Below, piece after piece: positions 39,295 through 48,205 of a stretch of DNA of 64,000 nucleotides. Source of the stretch: an uncultured Bacteroidales bacterium. GTDB taxonomy: Bacteria > Bacteroidota > Bacteroidia > Bacteroidales > JAGOPY01. Every line of letters begins with the position of its first letter. Position 1 is the stretch's first letter. Made by a program: the position numbers and the translations under genes. The notes below the pieces were generated by a model. That model was not told where the DNA came from and did not search any database. It saw only the letters and a program-made list of their open reading frames with translations. Where the stretch lies: positions 60,237 to 124,236 of the forward strand of contig CAWBCI010000020.1 in NCBI GenBank assembly GCA_963787195.1. The letters run 5' to 3'.

Positions 39295-40838
39295 AATAAT
39301 TTTCCTCCGCTGATTAAGAGATACAGAACGAATGCATAAAGTAGCAGGTGCAGTGCGTAGGTCTGCCCGTTGCCGGTATACCAGGTACGCATTTTGTCGG
39401 CTATGGCCTCAGCCCATTCCGAAACGCCGTTCCAGAAACGTGTGGCCAGGGGCTTTACCAGGAAGCCCAGGGCTTTATTATAGCCTGCGAACATATTGTA
39501 GGAGACATGCGTTGTCTCGGGCCTGAAAGGCCTTTCGGCCGCGAAGACTATATTGAATTGTTTTACTTTCTGGGCCTTGCGGCTGTGGTACATTAGCCAG
39601 CCCAATATCACCGCAAACATCACCACCACCACGCTCATAACGCTAAAAGCGTTCCAGTATCCGAAGGAAGTGAAAGCCAGCTTTCCGTCCCATTGCAGAC
39701 CTTCTCCGGCAATACCAGCCGGAATGATTGTAGCGAGGGGTTTTAGCAGCACCTGCGGCGCTACCGAAAGGACCATGATAGCGATCATGAAAATGACTTG
39801 CGGCAGCATATAGGCAAAGGGGGCTTCTTTTACCCTGCGGTGATTATCTTTCAGCTGCCCCAGGAAGACCGATGCAATGAGTTTATAAAGGTAAAGGAAG
39901 GCCACTATACCGGAGAAGAACACCATGGTACCTTGTATGTACCAACCCTTCATGACCACGGCATTGTAGAACATCCATTTGCCGGCGAAACCGGCAAGGG
40001 GAGGCATACCTGCCACGGTGATGATGCCTATCAGCACCACGATGAAGGAAAGTGGCATGCTTTTGATCAGTCCGCCCATCTCATACATATTCCTCGTTTT
40101 GGTCCGGTAAATAACCCCGGCTGCCGACATGAACAGCATGGTCTTGTAAATAAAGTGCAATACCATATAGTAAAGTGCGATCAGAAGGCCCAGCTTTGAG
40201 TTCATGGCCAGGGCAAAGATGATATATCCCATAGCTCCTACACTGGAGTAGGCAATAAGCCTTTTCATATCTTCTTCATAAATGGCCAGCATATTACCTC
40301 CGATGGCAGTGATGGCCCCTATCCAGCCCATAAAGGTGTAAATGTCATAACCAAAAAGTTGTTGCGGACCGAAGGAGGTCACCAGCCAGAAGAGCCCGAG
40401 TATACCCGCATTAATGAGCACCCCCGAAACCAGCGGTGTAGCGTCATCTTCGGCTTCGCTATATGCACCCGGCAACCAGATATGCAGTCCGATAGCTGCC
40501 ATTTTCAGCATAAATGCCAGTGCAAAAAGTATGAATACCAGTCCGGCTCCCGGGACCACTCCGCCCAGGCTGCCGAAAAACTGTCCGCCGGCGTGCTGAG
40601 CTAACATTCCAAAAGCGGCTAACATCAGGTAAGCGCCGCCGGCCGAGAAGAGCATATACCGTAATGCAGCGGGTTCGGCTTTTTTACCGCGGAGTATCAG
40701 TACATAACTTCCTAATGCCATCAATTCCCATCCCATAAAGAAGGTCAGGTTATCGCCCGGCCTCACGAGCATTGTCAGACCGAAGATTGTCATGGCGGCA
40801 AAGGGATAGAAACCGGCCCTTATACCCTTTCTGCACAA
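39291..40838 (-). CDS. second MrpD/NuoL-M-N family antiporter-like subunit (MbxH'-like); N-terminus lies in another frame
   Basis: DNLTFFMGWELMALGSYVLI motif at residue ~30 instead of ~110. The missing N-terminal TMs are encoded in the tail of ORF 40750..42426. The frame junction is at CAGAAAGGGTAT, 40813-40824. Confidence 0.8.
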   Translation of the reverse strand: MCRKGIRAGFYPFAAMTIFGLTMLVRPGDNLTFFMGWELMALGSYVLILRGKKAEPAALRYMLFSAGGAYLMLAAFGMLAQHAGGQFFGSLGGVVPGAGLVFILFALAFMLKMAAIGLHIWLPGAYSEAEDDATPLVSGVLINAGILGLFWLVTSFGPQQLFGYDIYTFMGWIGAITAIGGNMLAIYEEDMKRLIAYSSVGAMGYIIFALAMNSKLGLLIALYYMVLHFIYKTMLFMSAAGVIYRTKTRNMYEMGGLIKSMPLSFIVVLIGIITVAGMPPLAGFAGKWMFYNAVVMKGWYIQGTMVFFSGIVAFLYLYKLIASVFLGQLKDNHRRVKEAPFAYMLPQVIFMIAIMVLSVAPQVLLKPLATIIPAGIAGEGLQWDGKLAFTSFGYWNAFSVMSVVVVMFAVILGWLMYHSRKAQKVKQFNIVFAAERPFRPETTHVSYNMFAGYNKALGFLVKPLATRFWNGVSEWAEAIADKMRTWYTGNGQTYALHLLLYAFVLYLLISGGKLL

Positions 40839-42426
40839 AGCCGGGGATCAGCGTCAGTATTCCTCCCACAAGGAAAACACCCATAAACAAAAGCTGCATA
40901 AGGTCGCCGCTGATCTCGGGATAGATGAGATATCCGTATGCTGCGAGTGAGATGATGAGTAATGTGTTTTTCGCAAATGCTGGCAGGAAGTCAATGACGA
41001 AGAATACAGCTATGACCGCCAGCGGCAGAAGTACGAAAAGCGGATCGAAACCGAGGTAGTCCGTAAAGTATGCCGAAGAGATCAGCAGGCTGGCACCGAA
41101 CAGCCAGACAGGTAGTTCCTTAAACCAGACCATTTCAGTTTCGGCGCTTTCATCCCTTTCAGCATGAAATACTTTTCCTAACCATTTAAACAGGAAGCTG
41201 ATTTCAAAAATGCTTCCCAGCAGTATCAGTATGATCCAGCTCCATGCATTACTCTGGGCAAGTAGCATGATCATATGCCATTTGGCGAAGAAAGAGGGGA
41301 AGGGCGGAAGTCCTGCCATGGCGGCTATGAAGACTCCGAAGAAAAAGAAAAGTATGGGTTTACTTCTGAGCATGGCCCATTTGTCTTTATCATCACTGTT
41401 CACCATGCCCTGCAGCCAGAAAAGTCCGGCCTTGGCGAAGAAGTTGGTGAGCAGGAAGCCTAATATGATGAACCAGAAGCTATTTCCGAAGTATCCTGCC
41501 ATAGGCACTACTGCCAGCATAAGTCCGCCCTGGGCCACAGAAGAGTAACCCAGCATGCGCCTTACATTTTCCTGACGTGTTGCAAGGTAGTTAGAAGCCG
41601 CGAAGGTGATCAGCCCGACGAGACCAATCACAGGTTGCCAGCTTTCCGGAACCAGAGGCATGATCTTATAGATAGCGAAAAGTACCGCAGGGGCTGTTGC
41701 CACAGAAAGTGCGGCCCCGACAGCAGGATGAGCTGATTGATACATGTCCAGCGCCCATCCGTTGGCTGGGAAAGGCTTGCTTTCGAGAAGCAGGGCGGTT
41801 ATGACCAGGAAAACCGCTACCGTGCCCCCTTTGATGGCCGCCAGGTTTCCCATGAAATCGATGTTGAGGTTACTGATATAGGAATAAGCGAAGATGATAC
41901 CCAGCAGCAATAAACCTGAGATCACCGAAGAGGCCATCAGATACTTGAATCCGGCCGAGATAGAATTTCTGTCCTGTATCAGTATCATCAGCCCTGCTGT
42001 GGCTATGGAGGTGATCTCCATAAAGACGAAGAGGTTGAACAGGTCGCGGGTCATCACTACCACATTCAAACCTAATATGAATACGATGAAGATTGACAGG
42101 ATATGCTTTCCTGATTTCTTCAATACATCAAACAAATAAATTACTGATACAAGACCGAAAAGGTTTATCATAGTAGTCAGCACGGCCTCTTCCAGTCCCA
42201 TGCGCAGGTTAATGGCGAAGGGAGGCTTGAAGCCGGCGGTGTACACATCCGTAGGTTGCAGTGATCCGGTCAGTAGGCCTGTCAGCCAGGAGCCGGAGAT
42301 AAAGGTCATGGCGCCTATGGCTATCAGCAATATATAGACCATGGCGTTTTGCTGGCGTTTGGTTCCCATTCCGAGCAGGAAGGCCGTGATCAGTGCGACG
42401 GAGACTATATGAACAGGACTTACCAT
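40750..42426 (-). CDS. first MrpD/NuoN family antiporter-like subunit (MbxH-like); the last ~100 aa belong to the next subunit
   Basis: 558 aa, multi-TM, FNLFVFMEITSIATAGLMIL motif. A possible internal start of the next subunit is MVWFKELP at 41133. Confidence 0.8.
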   Translation of the reverse strand: MVSPVHIVSVALITAFLLGMGTKRQQNAMVYILLIAIGAMTFISGSWLTGLLTGSLQPTDVYTAGFKPPFAINLRMGLEEAVLTTMINLFGLVSVIYLFDVLKKSGKHILSIFIVFILGLNVVVMTRDLFNLFVFMEITSIATAGLMILIQDRNSISAGFKYLMASSVISGLLLLGIIFAYSYISNLNIDFMGNLAAIKGGTVAVFLVITALLLESKPFPANGWALDMYQSAHPAVGAALSVATAPAVLFAIYKIMPLVPESWQPVIGLVGLITFAASNYLATRQENVRRMLGYSSVAQGGLMLAVVPMAGYFGNSFWFIILGFLLTNFFAKAGLFWLQGMVNSDDKDKWAMLRSKPILFFFFGVFIAAMAGLPPFPSFFAKWHMIMLLAQSNAWSWIILILLGSIFEISFLFKWLGKVFHAERDESAETEMVWFKELPVWLFGASLLISSAYFTDYLGFDPLFVLLPLAVIAVFFVIDFLPAFAKNTLLIISLAAYGYLIYPEISGDLMQLLFMGVFLVGGILTLIPGFVQKGYKGRFLSLCRHDNLRSDNAREAGR

Positions 42427-42791
42427 TTTGTTTCTTTAAAATCGTTAATATCCAGTGATTGACGGCTCTTGAACATTTTCAGCGCATAGGTGAGCATCAC
42501 CCCGGTAACCCCGACGCCGATGACGATGGAGGTCAGTACCAGGGCCTGCGGTATGGGGTCCACAAATTTCTCCGAGAGATGGTGTATACCCGTAGTGCTG
42601 TCGATGATAGGGGCCACGCGGCCTTTCATGTATGACAGGGCCACGATCACCAGGTTGAGGCCCCCGTCGAAGAGGGTGAAGGCCACGATGATGCGCAGTA
42701 TGTTCTTGCTGGTAAGGGCCCCGTAAAGACCTATGAGCATTAGCAGGAAACCCGTAGCAAGACCGATATTCTGAAGACTTAGATATTCCAT
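42420..42791 (-). CDS. MrpC/MnhC (NuoK-like) subunit
   Basis: 123 aa, 3 TM, GLYGALTSKNILRIIVAFTLFDGGLNLVIV. Confidence 0.8.
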   Translation of the reverse strand: MEYLSLQNIGLATGFLLMLIGLYGALTSKNILRIIVAFTLFDGGLNLVIVALSYMKGRVAPIIDSTTGIHHLSEKFVDPIPQALVLTSIVIGVGVTGVMLTYALKMFKSRQSLDINDFKETKW

Positions 42792-43490
42792 TATGCTTCG
42801 TTTTGAACTTCTTTAAGATGATGCAGTATATTCGACAGTTCAGCCCCGACTTTCAGCCCGATAAAACTGTAAATGATGGGTATGACGCCGGCGCTGAAAA
42901 GTTTACCCAGATCTCCCAGGGGCAGTATGTGGTTATTCAGGAAACCCAGACCTAGCAAGGCCCCTAAAATGCCTATAATGACATAGCTGGTACCCGAGAC
43001 GCTCTCGATAGCATTCAGCAGTCCGTGGCGGAAGTCACGCTCGCGGGTTGGCCATCAGCAGCAGCAGGAATCCCGTGGCTATGATGGCGCCACCCTGGAA
43101 ACCCCCTCCGGGGGTGAGGTGCCCATTGGCAAAGACATAAACCCCAAATAGTACGATCAATGGGAAGAGCAGCTTCTGCGCCGTAGTTAGTATCACCGAA
43201 GCCGGCCTGGGGTGATGTTCCTTATTAGGTTCATGCCCGGTCTTCAGGAACATTGCGATGAGCGATGCGGCCACGAAGAGTATGGTGACTTCCCCCAGTG
43301 TGTCGAAACCGCGGTAAGTGACTACCACGGCAGTCACCACGTTGGCGGCCCCCACTTCAGTTGGGGTATTGTCGGCGTAATAGGCCGGCAGTTCGGGAAG
43401 CTGTTTGTTCTCCTGGTGGGTGAACAGGTAGCTCCCCAGCAGCAGTCCGAAAGCCGCCAGTATAGCGATGATGAACATATTCTTATACAT
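42791..43490 (-). CDS. MrpB/MnhB-like subunit, interrupted by a frameshift near 43035-43050
   Basis: The track ORF 43035..43490 ends ..GHLTPGGGFQGGAIIATGFLLLLMANPRA*. My translation of the next frame continues REREFRHGLLNAIESVSGTSYVIIGILGALLGLGFLNNHILPLGDLGKLFSAGVIPIIYSFIGLKVGAEL..* and ends in TAATG overlap with the mrpC-like start. Confidence 0.75.
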
Positions 43491-43728
43491 CTGACCTCCT
43501 GATTTTATTCAGTACATAAAAGAAGATGATAGTGGTGAGCCCGCTACCGATTGCTGCTTCAGTCATGGCCACGTCGGGTGCGGCCAGCAGCAGATACAGT
43601 ATAGATGCGATAAGGCTCACGATGCCCGAAGCCAGAACGGCAGCCCTTACCCTTTTGGCTGTCAGGGCCGCGATAGCCATGCCCACCATGACCAGCCCCA
43701 GTACGATTGCTAAGATTATTCCTACCAT
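43483..43728 (-). CDS. MbhD/DUF4040-like (MrpB N-terminal type) membrane subunit
   Basis: 3 TM, AAPDVAMTEAAIGSGLTTIIF. Start set to the ATG at 43728, 1 nt after the mrpG-like stop. Confidence 0.7.
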   Translation of the reverse strand: MVGIILAIVLGLVMVGMAIAALTAKRVRAAVLASGIVSLIASILYLLLAAPDVAMTEAAIGSGLTTIIFFYVLNKIRRSDV

Positions 43729-43729
43729 A

Positions 43730-44077
43730 TTACTTTTCCTCCTTGTTTTCTTCGGCATTAGCCTCCTGCAGTTTGTCGATGACCGTCTTGTCCGACAGTG
43801 GGATGCCTATATGATGCGCCGCCCTGGCCAGGGTATGCGACGATACCGGGTTGGTCATCATCACGAAGGATATCAGTATGAAAGCCTTGCCGGCCCAGGC
43901 CGGGTTGATGATGGCCAGGCCTGCTATCGACAGTATGGTCCCCAGGGTGCTGGCCTTGGTGCCGGTTTGCAGGCGGTTGTAAAGGTCGGGCATGCGCACT
44001 ATGCCCAGGGCCCCCAGGAAAATGAAGATGGCCCCTATCAGGGTCACTATGCTTCCGATTAACATTCGTATTTCCAT
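43730..44077 (-). CDS. MrpG/MnhG subunit
   Basis: GALGIVRMPDLYNRLQTGTKASTLG. Confidence 0.8.
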   Translation of the reverse strand: MEIRMLIGSIVTLIGAIFIFLGALGIVRMPDLYNRLQTGTKASTLGTILSIAGLAIINPAWAGKAFILISFVMMTNPVSSHTLARAAHHIGIPLSDKTVIDKLQEANAEENKEEK

Positions 44078-44078
44078 A

Positions 44079-44339
44079 TTACAGTCCTTTCTCCAGGAAA
44101 CGGGCTATGACGATCACCCCGGTGAAGCTCAGAAGGCCATACACCAGCGCGACGTCGAGATAAATAATCCGGTTGTTGAAAAAAGCGATCAGCGCAATCA
44201 GCGCGATCGAGGTTACCGTCATCACATCAAAGGACATGATGCGGTCGGCCGAACTTGGGCCTTTCACAAAGCGCCAGAGGGCCGTAAGCATTCCCATCAG
44301 TATGAGTCCGCCTGCTATATAAAGAATGATCTCAACCAT
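44079..44339 (-). CDS. MrpF/MnhF subunit
   Basis: 86 aa, KGPSSADRIMSFDVM. Confidence 0.75.
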   Translation of the reverse strand: MVEIILYIAGGLILMGMLTALWRFVKGPSSADRIMSFDVMTVTSIALIALIAFFNNRIIYLDVALVYGLLSFTGVIVIARFLEKGL

Positions 44340-44826
44340 ACATTACCTCCAGGTATTTTTCAAATTTCGAAACGATAGAACGGGTTGCCTCCTCAATGTC
44401 GGTGCTGCTCACGTCTATCCAGTGAATGAACATGCGGTCATCACGGATATCCACGGTAAGGGTACCGGGTGTGAGGGTGATAGCGTTGGCCAGGAGCATT
44501 TTGCCGATGTTGGATTTAAGTTGCGTCTTTACCTCTACTATGCCCGGATTGATGGGCAGGGCAGGATTCAGCACCCGCAGGGCCACGTCGATATTGGATT
44601 TCAATAGCTCCCACCAGAACACTCCCACGAAAGCGATGGCGTAAGCGAAGCTCTTCGGCGTGAGGCGCACGTTCTGCAGTACCGTGCATGAGCTGCAGAG
44701 CAGCAGCCCGATCAGCAGGGAGATGATGGCCCCCGTGATGAGCACATCCGCATCCACAGACCAGTTCAGGGCCAGCCAGGTGAGGTAGGACAACACGAAG
44801 ATCAGTGTTACATTTTTCAGGTTCAT
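44332..44826 (-). CDS. MrpE/MnhE subunit, first gene of the operon
   Basis: LLANAITLTPGTLTVDI...FIHWID. Confidence 0.75.
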   Translation of the reverse strand: MNLKNVTLIFVLSYLTWLALNWSVDADVLITGAIISLLIGLLLCSSCTVLQNVRLTPKSFAYAIAFVGVFWWELLKSNIDVALRVLNPALPINPGIVEVKTQLKSNIGKMLLANAITLTPGTLTVDIRDDRMFIHWIDVSSTDIEEATRSIVSKFEKYLEVMYG

Positions 44827-44848
44827 GCCTTGAATATTAAATTCATGA

Positions 44849-44856
44849 CAAAATTA
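44849..44856 (-). promoter_or_regulatory. candidate -7 box TAATTTTG for the Mrp/Mbx-like operon
   Basis: The reverse complement of caaaatta matches TAnnTTTG, ~23 nt upstream of the ATG at 44826. Confidence 0.35.
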
Positions 44857-45152
44857 TATACACTGAACCTGAAATCGGAGCCATGGCTATAGAGATGGGT
44901 TTACTCCGGAATGAAAGTATGTGGAATTAAAAATAGACGTAGCGCAATAAAAAAGTTGACGTGACCTCAGCCCCCCCCTCCTCATCCCGGCTAAAGCGGA
45001 ATGTCGAGCAGTATTCTCAACCGACGGGTTAACCCGTCGGTTATGATTTCGAATTCCCGTCGGTTCTGATAAAGATACAGGTTAGTTTCCTGTGAGATGG
45101 TCCGTCAATAGCCGGACAGATCCACTCCGATTTTTTATGAACTATTTATAGC

Positions 45153-45194
45153 CCGTCATCCCGGCGCAGGCCGGAATCTGTAAGCGATGTGCAG
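45153..45194. repeat. single copy of the REP-type hairpin element seen at 33295-33340
   Basis: CGTCATCCCGGCGCAGGCCGGAATCTGTAAGCGATGTGCAG versus CGTCATCCCGGCGCAGGCCGGGATCTGGTAGCGGATTGCAG. Hairpin TCCCGGC-GCAG-GCCGGGA. Confidence 0.75.
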
Positions 45195-45256
45195 TTCCCC
45201 TTTTTTATGCAATGCAATTACCTTATTAAATATGTCCCCACCTTACCAAAATGAAC

Positions 45257-45264
45257 TAATTTTG
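45257..45264 (+). promoter_or_regulatory. candidate -7 box TAATTTTG for the FNR-like regulator gene
   Basis: Matches TAnnTTTG, 29 nt upstream of the ATG at 45293. Confidence 0.35.
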
Positions 45265-45292
45265 TACCCTGAATTTGAATGAAAGATTAACG

Positions 45293-45982
45293 ATGTTTGA
45301 TAATAAGAAAAGTTGCCCTATATGCGAAGCCAAGGCGGGATGTTTCCGCAAGCTCAGTCCATTGGAGCTTGAGGTAGCTGACTCCAGGCGGGTGGAACTG
45401 CGTTACCGCAAGGGCGAGAACATTGCAAAGCAGGGATCCTTTGTTACCCATATCCTCTATCTGCAGAAGGGACTGGTGAAGCTGTATATGGAAGTGGAAG
45501 GGGACAATGATATGATACTGAATATATTCACCAAAGGCGGCATGATAGGTCTGCCCAACCTGTTCACCAACGCCCCCTTGCAGTATTCGGTGTCGGCCAT
45601 AGAAGATTCGGTCATATGCGCCATCGACAAGAAAGTGATGGAAGACCTGGTGAAGAACAACGGCGACTTTGCCCAAAGCATAGTCGAGAGCATTAACCAA
45701 TGCACCTTATATCATTACAGGAGACTTATCACCGCCTCCCAGAAGCAGCTTAACGGCCGCATGGCCGACGCCCTGCTACACCTTTCCGACGATGTTTACC
45801 ACAGTGAAGATTTCAGCATGGCCCTATCTCGCAAGGAGCTGGCCGAATTAGCCGGAATGAGTATGATGAGCGCCGTAAGGGTCATAAAGGACCTGGAACA
45901 AAACGGCATCATAGCTGAAAGTAACGGCAGAATTTTGATTTCTGATCGGAATAAGCTGGAGCAGATCAGTCGGTATGGGTGA
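45293..45982 (+). CDS. Crp/Fnr family transcriptional regulator with an FNR-type N-terminal Cys cluster
   Basis: MFDNKKSCPICEAKAGCF (C-x2-C-x5-C) plus a central Cys (VICAID). cNMP-binding-like barrel and C-terminal HTH SRKELAELAGMSMMSAVRVIKDLE. Start moved from a TTG to the ATG at 45293. Confidence 0.85.
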   Translation: MFDNKKSCPICEAKAGCFRKLSPLELEVADSRRVELRYRKGENIAKQGSFVTHILYLQKGLVKLYMEVEGDNDMILNIFTKGGMIGLPNLFTNAPLQYSVSAIEDSVICAIDKKVMEDLVKNNGDFAQSIVESINQCTLYHYRRLITASQKQLNGRMADALLHLSDDVYHSEDFSMALSRKELAELAGMSMMSAVRVIKDLEQNGIIAESNGRILISDRNKLEQISRYG

Positions 45983-46382
45983 TTCCTTGTTTGATTTCTC
46001 TAAGTTAAAGTAGATTCTGAGTTTGTGATTAAATGTTATTTTTTCATATTAATACCATCCGCCAAGAAGCGGCAATAATGAGAAATATCACGGGTTGTCT
46101 TATATGCCATCTTACACTACTGTCCATTTAAATTAATCATAGATTCTGTAGGCCGAAATATTGATAAATTCCCCACATTAACATGCTTTTGTATCATATC
46201 AGTTATTTGCTGGTGTTTCGTGCATTATTGAATTTATAAAATTTCTTATCATTTTAATTCCTTGTTTTAGGCTGATTCAAATCTTCCCGCTTAAAAAATT
46301 GCTCTCAAGATATATCTTTCTAAAGTAATAAAGAATCAATATGTTAATAAATATTATTGGTAATCAGCATTGTGATGTAAAA

Positions 46383-46595
46383 TTATCTCACTGCTATTGC
46401 AATAAAATTCTCATTATAATTGCCTAATGTTTCACTAAAGTTCCAAGTCAAAGTATCATGGTTAATTTCCAAAATTTTTCCTTCACCCTCAACAAGCCAT
46501 TCATAATTTGGATTCTGACTAGGTATATCTATTTTATTAGATAATACTATTCCATAGCATGAAGTGTCAAATCCAAATGCGCCAAAATTTTTCAT
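46383..46595 (-). CDS. hypothetical small protein (AT-rich island)
   Basis: 70 aa ORF directly downstream of the lipoprotein gene. No motif recognised. Confidence 0.35.
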   Translation of the reverse strand: MKNFGAFGFDTSCYGIVLSNKIDIPSQNPNYEWLVEGEGKILEINHDTLTWNFSETLGNYNENFIAIAVR

Positions 46596-46618
46596 AATTT
46601 GGTTTTATTAAAAGATAT

Positions 46619-47836
46619 TTAGTTTAAACTAAAATATGTATCGCTTAAGTCACTTGAATAATTTACTCGAACTTCAACTGAATAATCATTTCCAGGAGCT
46701 AAATTTGTTGGGATATCCCAATCCCATTCATGATCACCATTGTTACTCTGAACGATGATATGGAGATTTTTCACATAAATTGCATTTTTATACAAATTAA
46801 TATCGCAGTTACCTAAGAATTTTTGATGCCATTTAATCTTTTGAGTTGTTCCTCTTAACCAATTTTCACCTCCATTAGGTGAAATTACTGTTACATCAGG
46901 TACATTGGGTCCGATCCAAAAAGGACTATCACTATAATCAAAAGTACTTTCATTATTCGCGTCCCAGACAAATATTCTATAACTTGGAGGTGGGTCAAGA
47001 CTTGAAGGAATTGTCCAAATGAATGACCCATCATTTTCGGTGTTTTCAGTTAGAGTCAAGTAATAGATGTCATTTTTCGTAATGGTAATCATAATATTAT
47101 CATTAATTGTACCATCACTTGACCATGTAATTTCATGTGACTCACCCCAATACCATGATTCGCTACCATTCGGGGATAGTACTTGAATCCAAGAAATGTT
47201 GGTAGGCTTTTTTATGGTAAAATAATCATTGCTAAAATCAAAATAATTTTCACTAGTGAAATCTTCGATTTTAACTTTATATTTATTCGAATTTTCAAAT
47301 GTGCTAGGCACTTGGAATATATAAGAACCAGAGTTTTGGACATTAAATATCCAGAAAATAGGCTCTGTTTCTCTGAAGATTCCTATGTCAACTTTATCGC
47401 TAATATTAGTTGATTGCCATGATATATCATAGTAATGTCCAATTTCCCAAATCTCTCCACCATTGGGGTTAGTGATATTTATTGATTTTTCAGGTACTAC
47501 ACTAAATTGTCTAGATTTAATATTAGACTTTAATCCTTTTTTATCAATGGCAAAAATGTAAAAATAGTGTTGACCTTCAGTTACGTTGTTGAAGTACCAA
47601 TCACTCCGATTAACAAATGTTACTGGTGGATTCTTATCGAGATCTATATAATACCCATTAATATCCGCATCAGCATCATACCCTTCCCATTCGAAATGTA
47701 CATCAGTATAATTAATAGTTCCTACTGGACCTGATAATATATCTACTGTCGGTGGGGAGGGATTACTTTCTTTATTACAATTACAAAAAAAACAAATAGA
47801 AACCAAAATTTGGATAATAATATAATATTTTTTCAT
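46619..47836 (-). CDS. lipoprotein with three repeated Ig-like (Kre9/KNH-like) modules
   Basis: Lipobox SICFFCNC. Repeats ITNPNGGEIWEIGHYYDISWQS / VLSPNGSESWYWGESHEITWSS / VISPNGGENWLRGTTQKIKWHQ. Confidence 0.6.
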   Translation of the reverse strand: MKKYYIIIQILVSICFFCNCNKESNPSPPTVDILSGPVGTINYTDVHFEWEGYDADADINGYYIDLDKNPPVTFVNRSDWYFNNVTEGQHYFYIFAIDKKGLKSNIKSRQFSVVPEKSINITNPNGGEIWEIGHYYDISWQSTNISDKVDIGIFRETEPIFWIFNVQNSGSYIFQVPSTFENSNKYKVKIEDFTSENYFDFSNDYFTIKKPTNISWIQVLSPNGSESWYWGESHEITWSSDGTINDNIMITITKNDIYYLTLTENTENDGSFIWTIPSSLDPPPSYRIFVWDANNESTFDYSDSPFWIGPNVPDVTVISPNGGENWLRGTTQKIKWHQKFLGNCDINLYKNAIYVKNLHIIVQSNNGDHEWDWDIPTNLAPGNDYSVEVRVNYSSDLSDTYFSLN

Positions 47837-48205
47837 GCTAAATAGTTTTGAAAATAATTGTTATTCAGTCCTGTAAATAGTATTTATAAAACTATTGTTT
47901 GAATCTTTCATTATTATAAATTTACGTGGCTTAATACATCGAGTTCCGATACTTTTCTATCAATTGTTCATATTCTGTTGTTTTATTCAATATCTCTTAA
48001 AGTAAAAACTTATGTAGATGCACTTTCTTAATTATAAAGTTACCTATTTTGGGTTTTATCATCCTATTATTTCAACCCGCAACCGCAAAAATAAACCAGC
48101 ATTCTAGAAATGTAAAACTCTTCATTCTTGTCTATTTATTGCACGAAATTTCCGAATTAAAAATCTAATATCCAAGAAAAAAGAGAAACATTTCAGATTT
48201 ACGAA

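Noticed and set aside
44956-44969. TTGACGTGACCTCA as an FNR/CRP box for the divergent promoters
   Set aside because: It matches only one half-site of TTGAT-N4-ATCAA. TGAAT-N5-ATTCA at 44831-44845 has the wrong spacing. Neither is convincing without comparative data.
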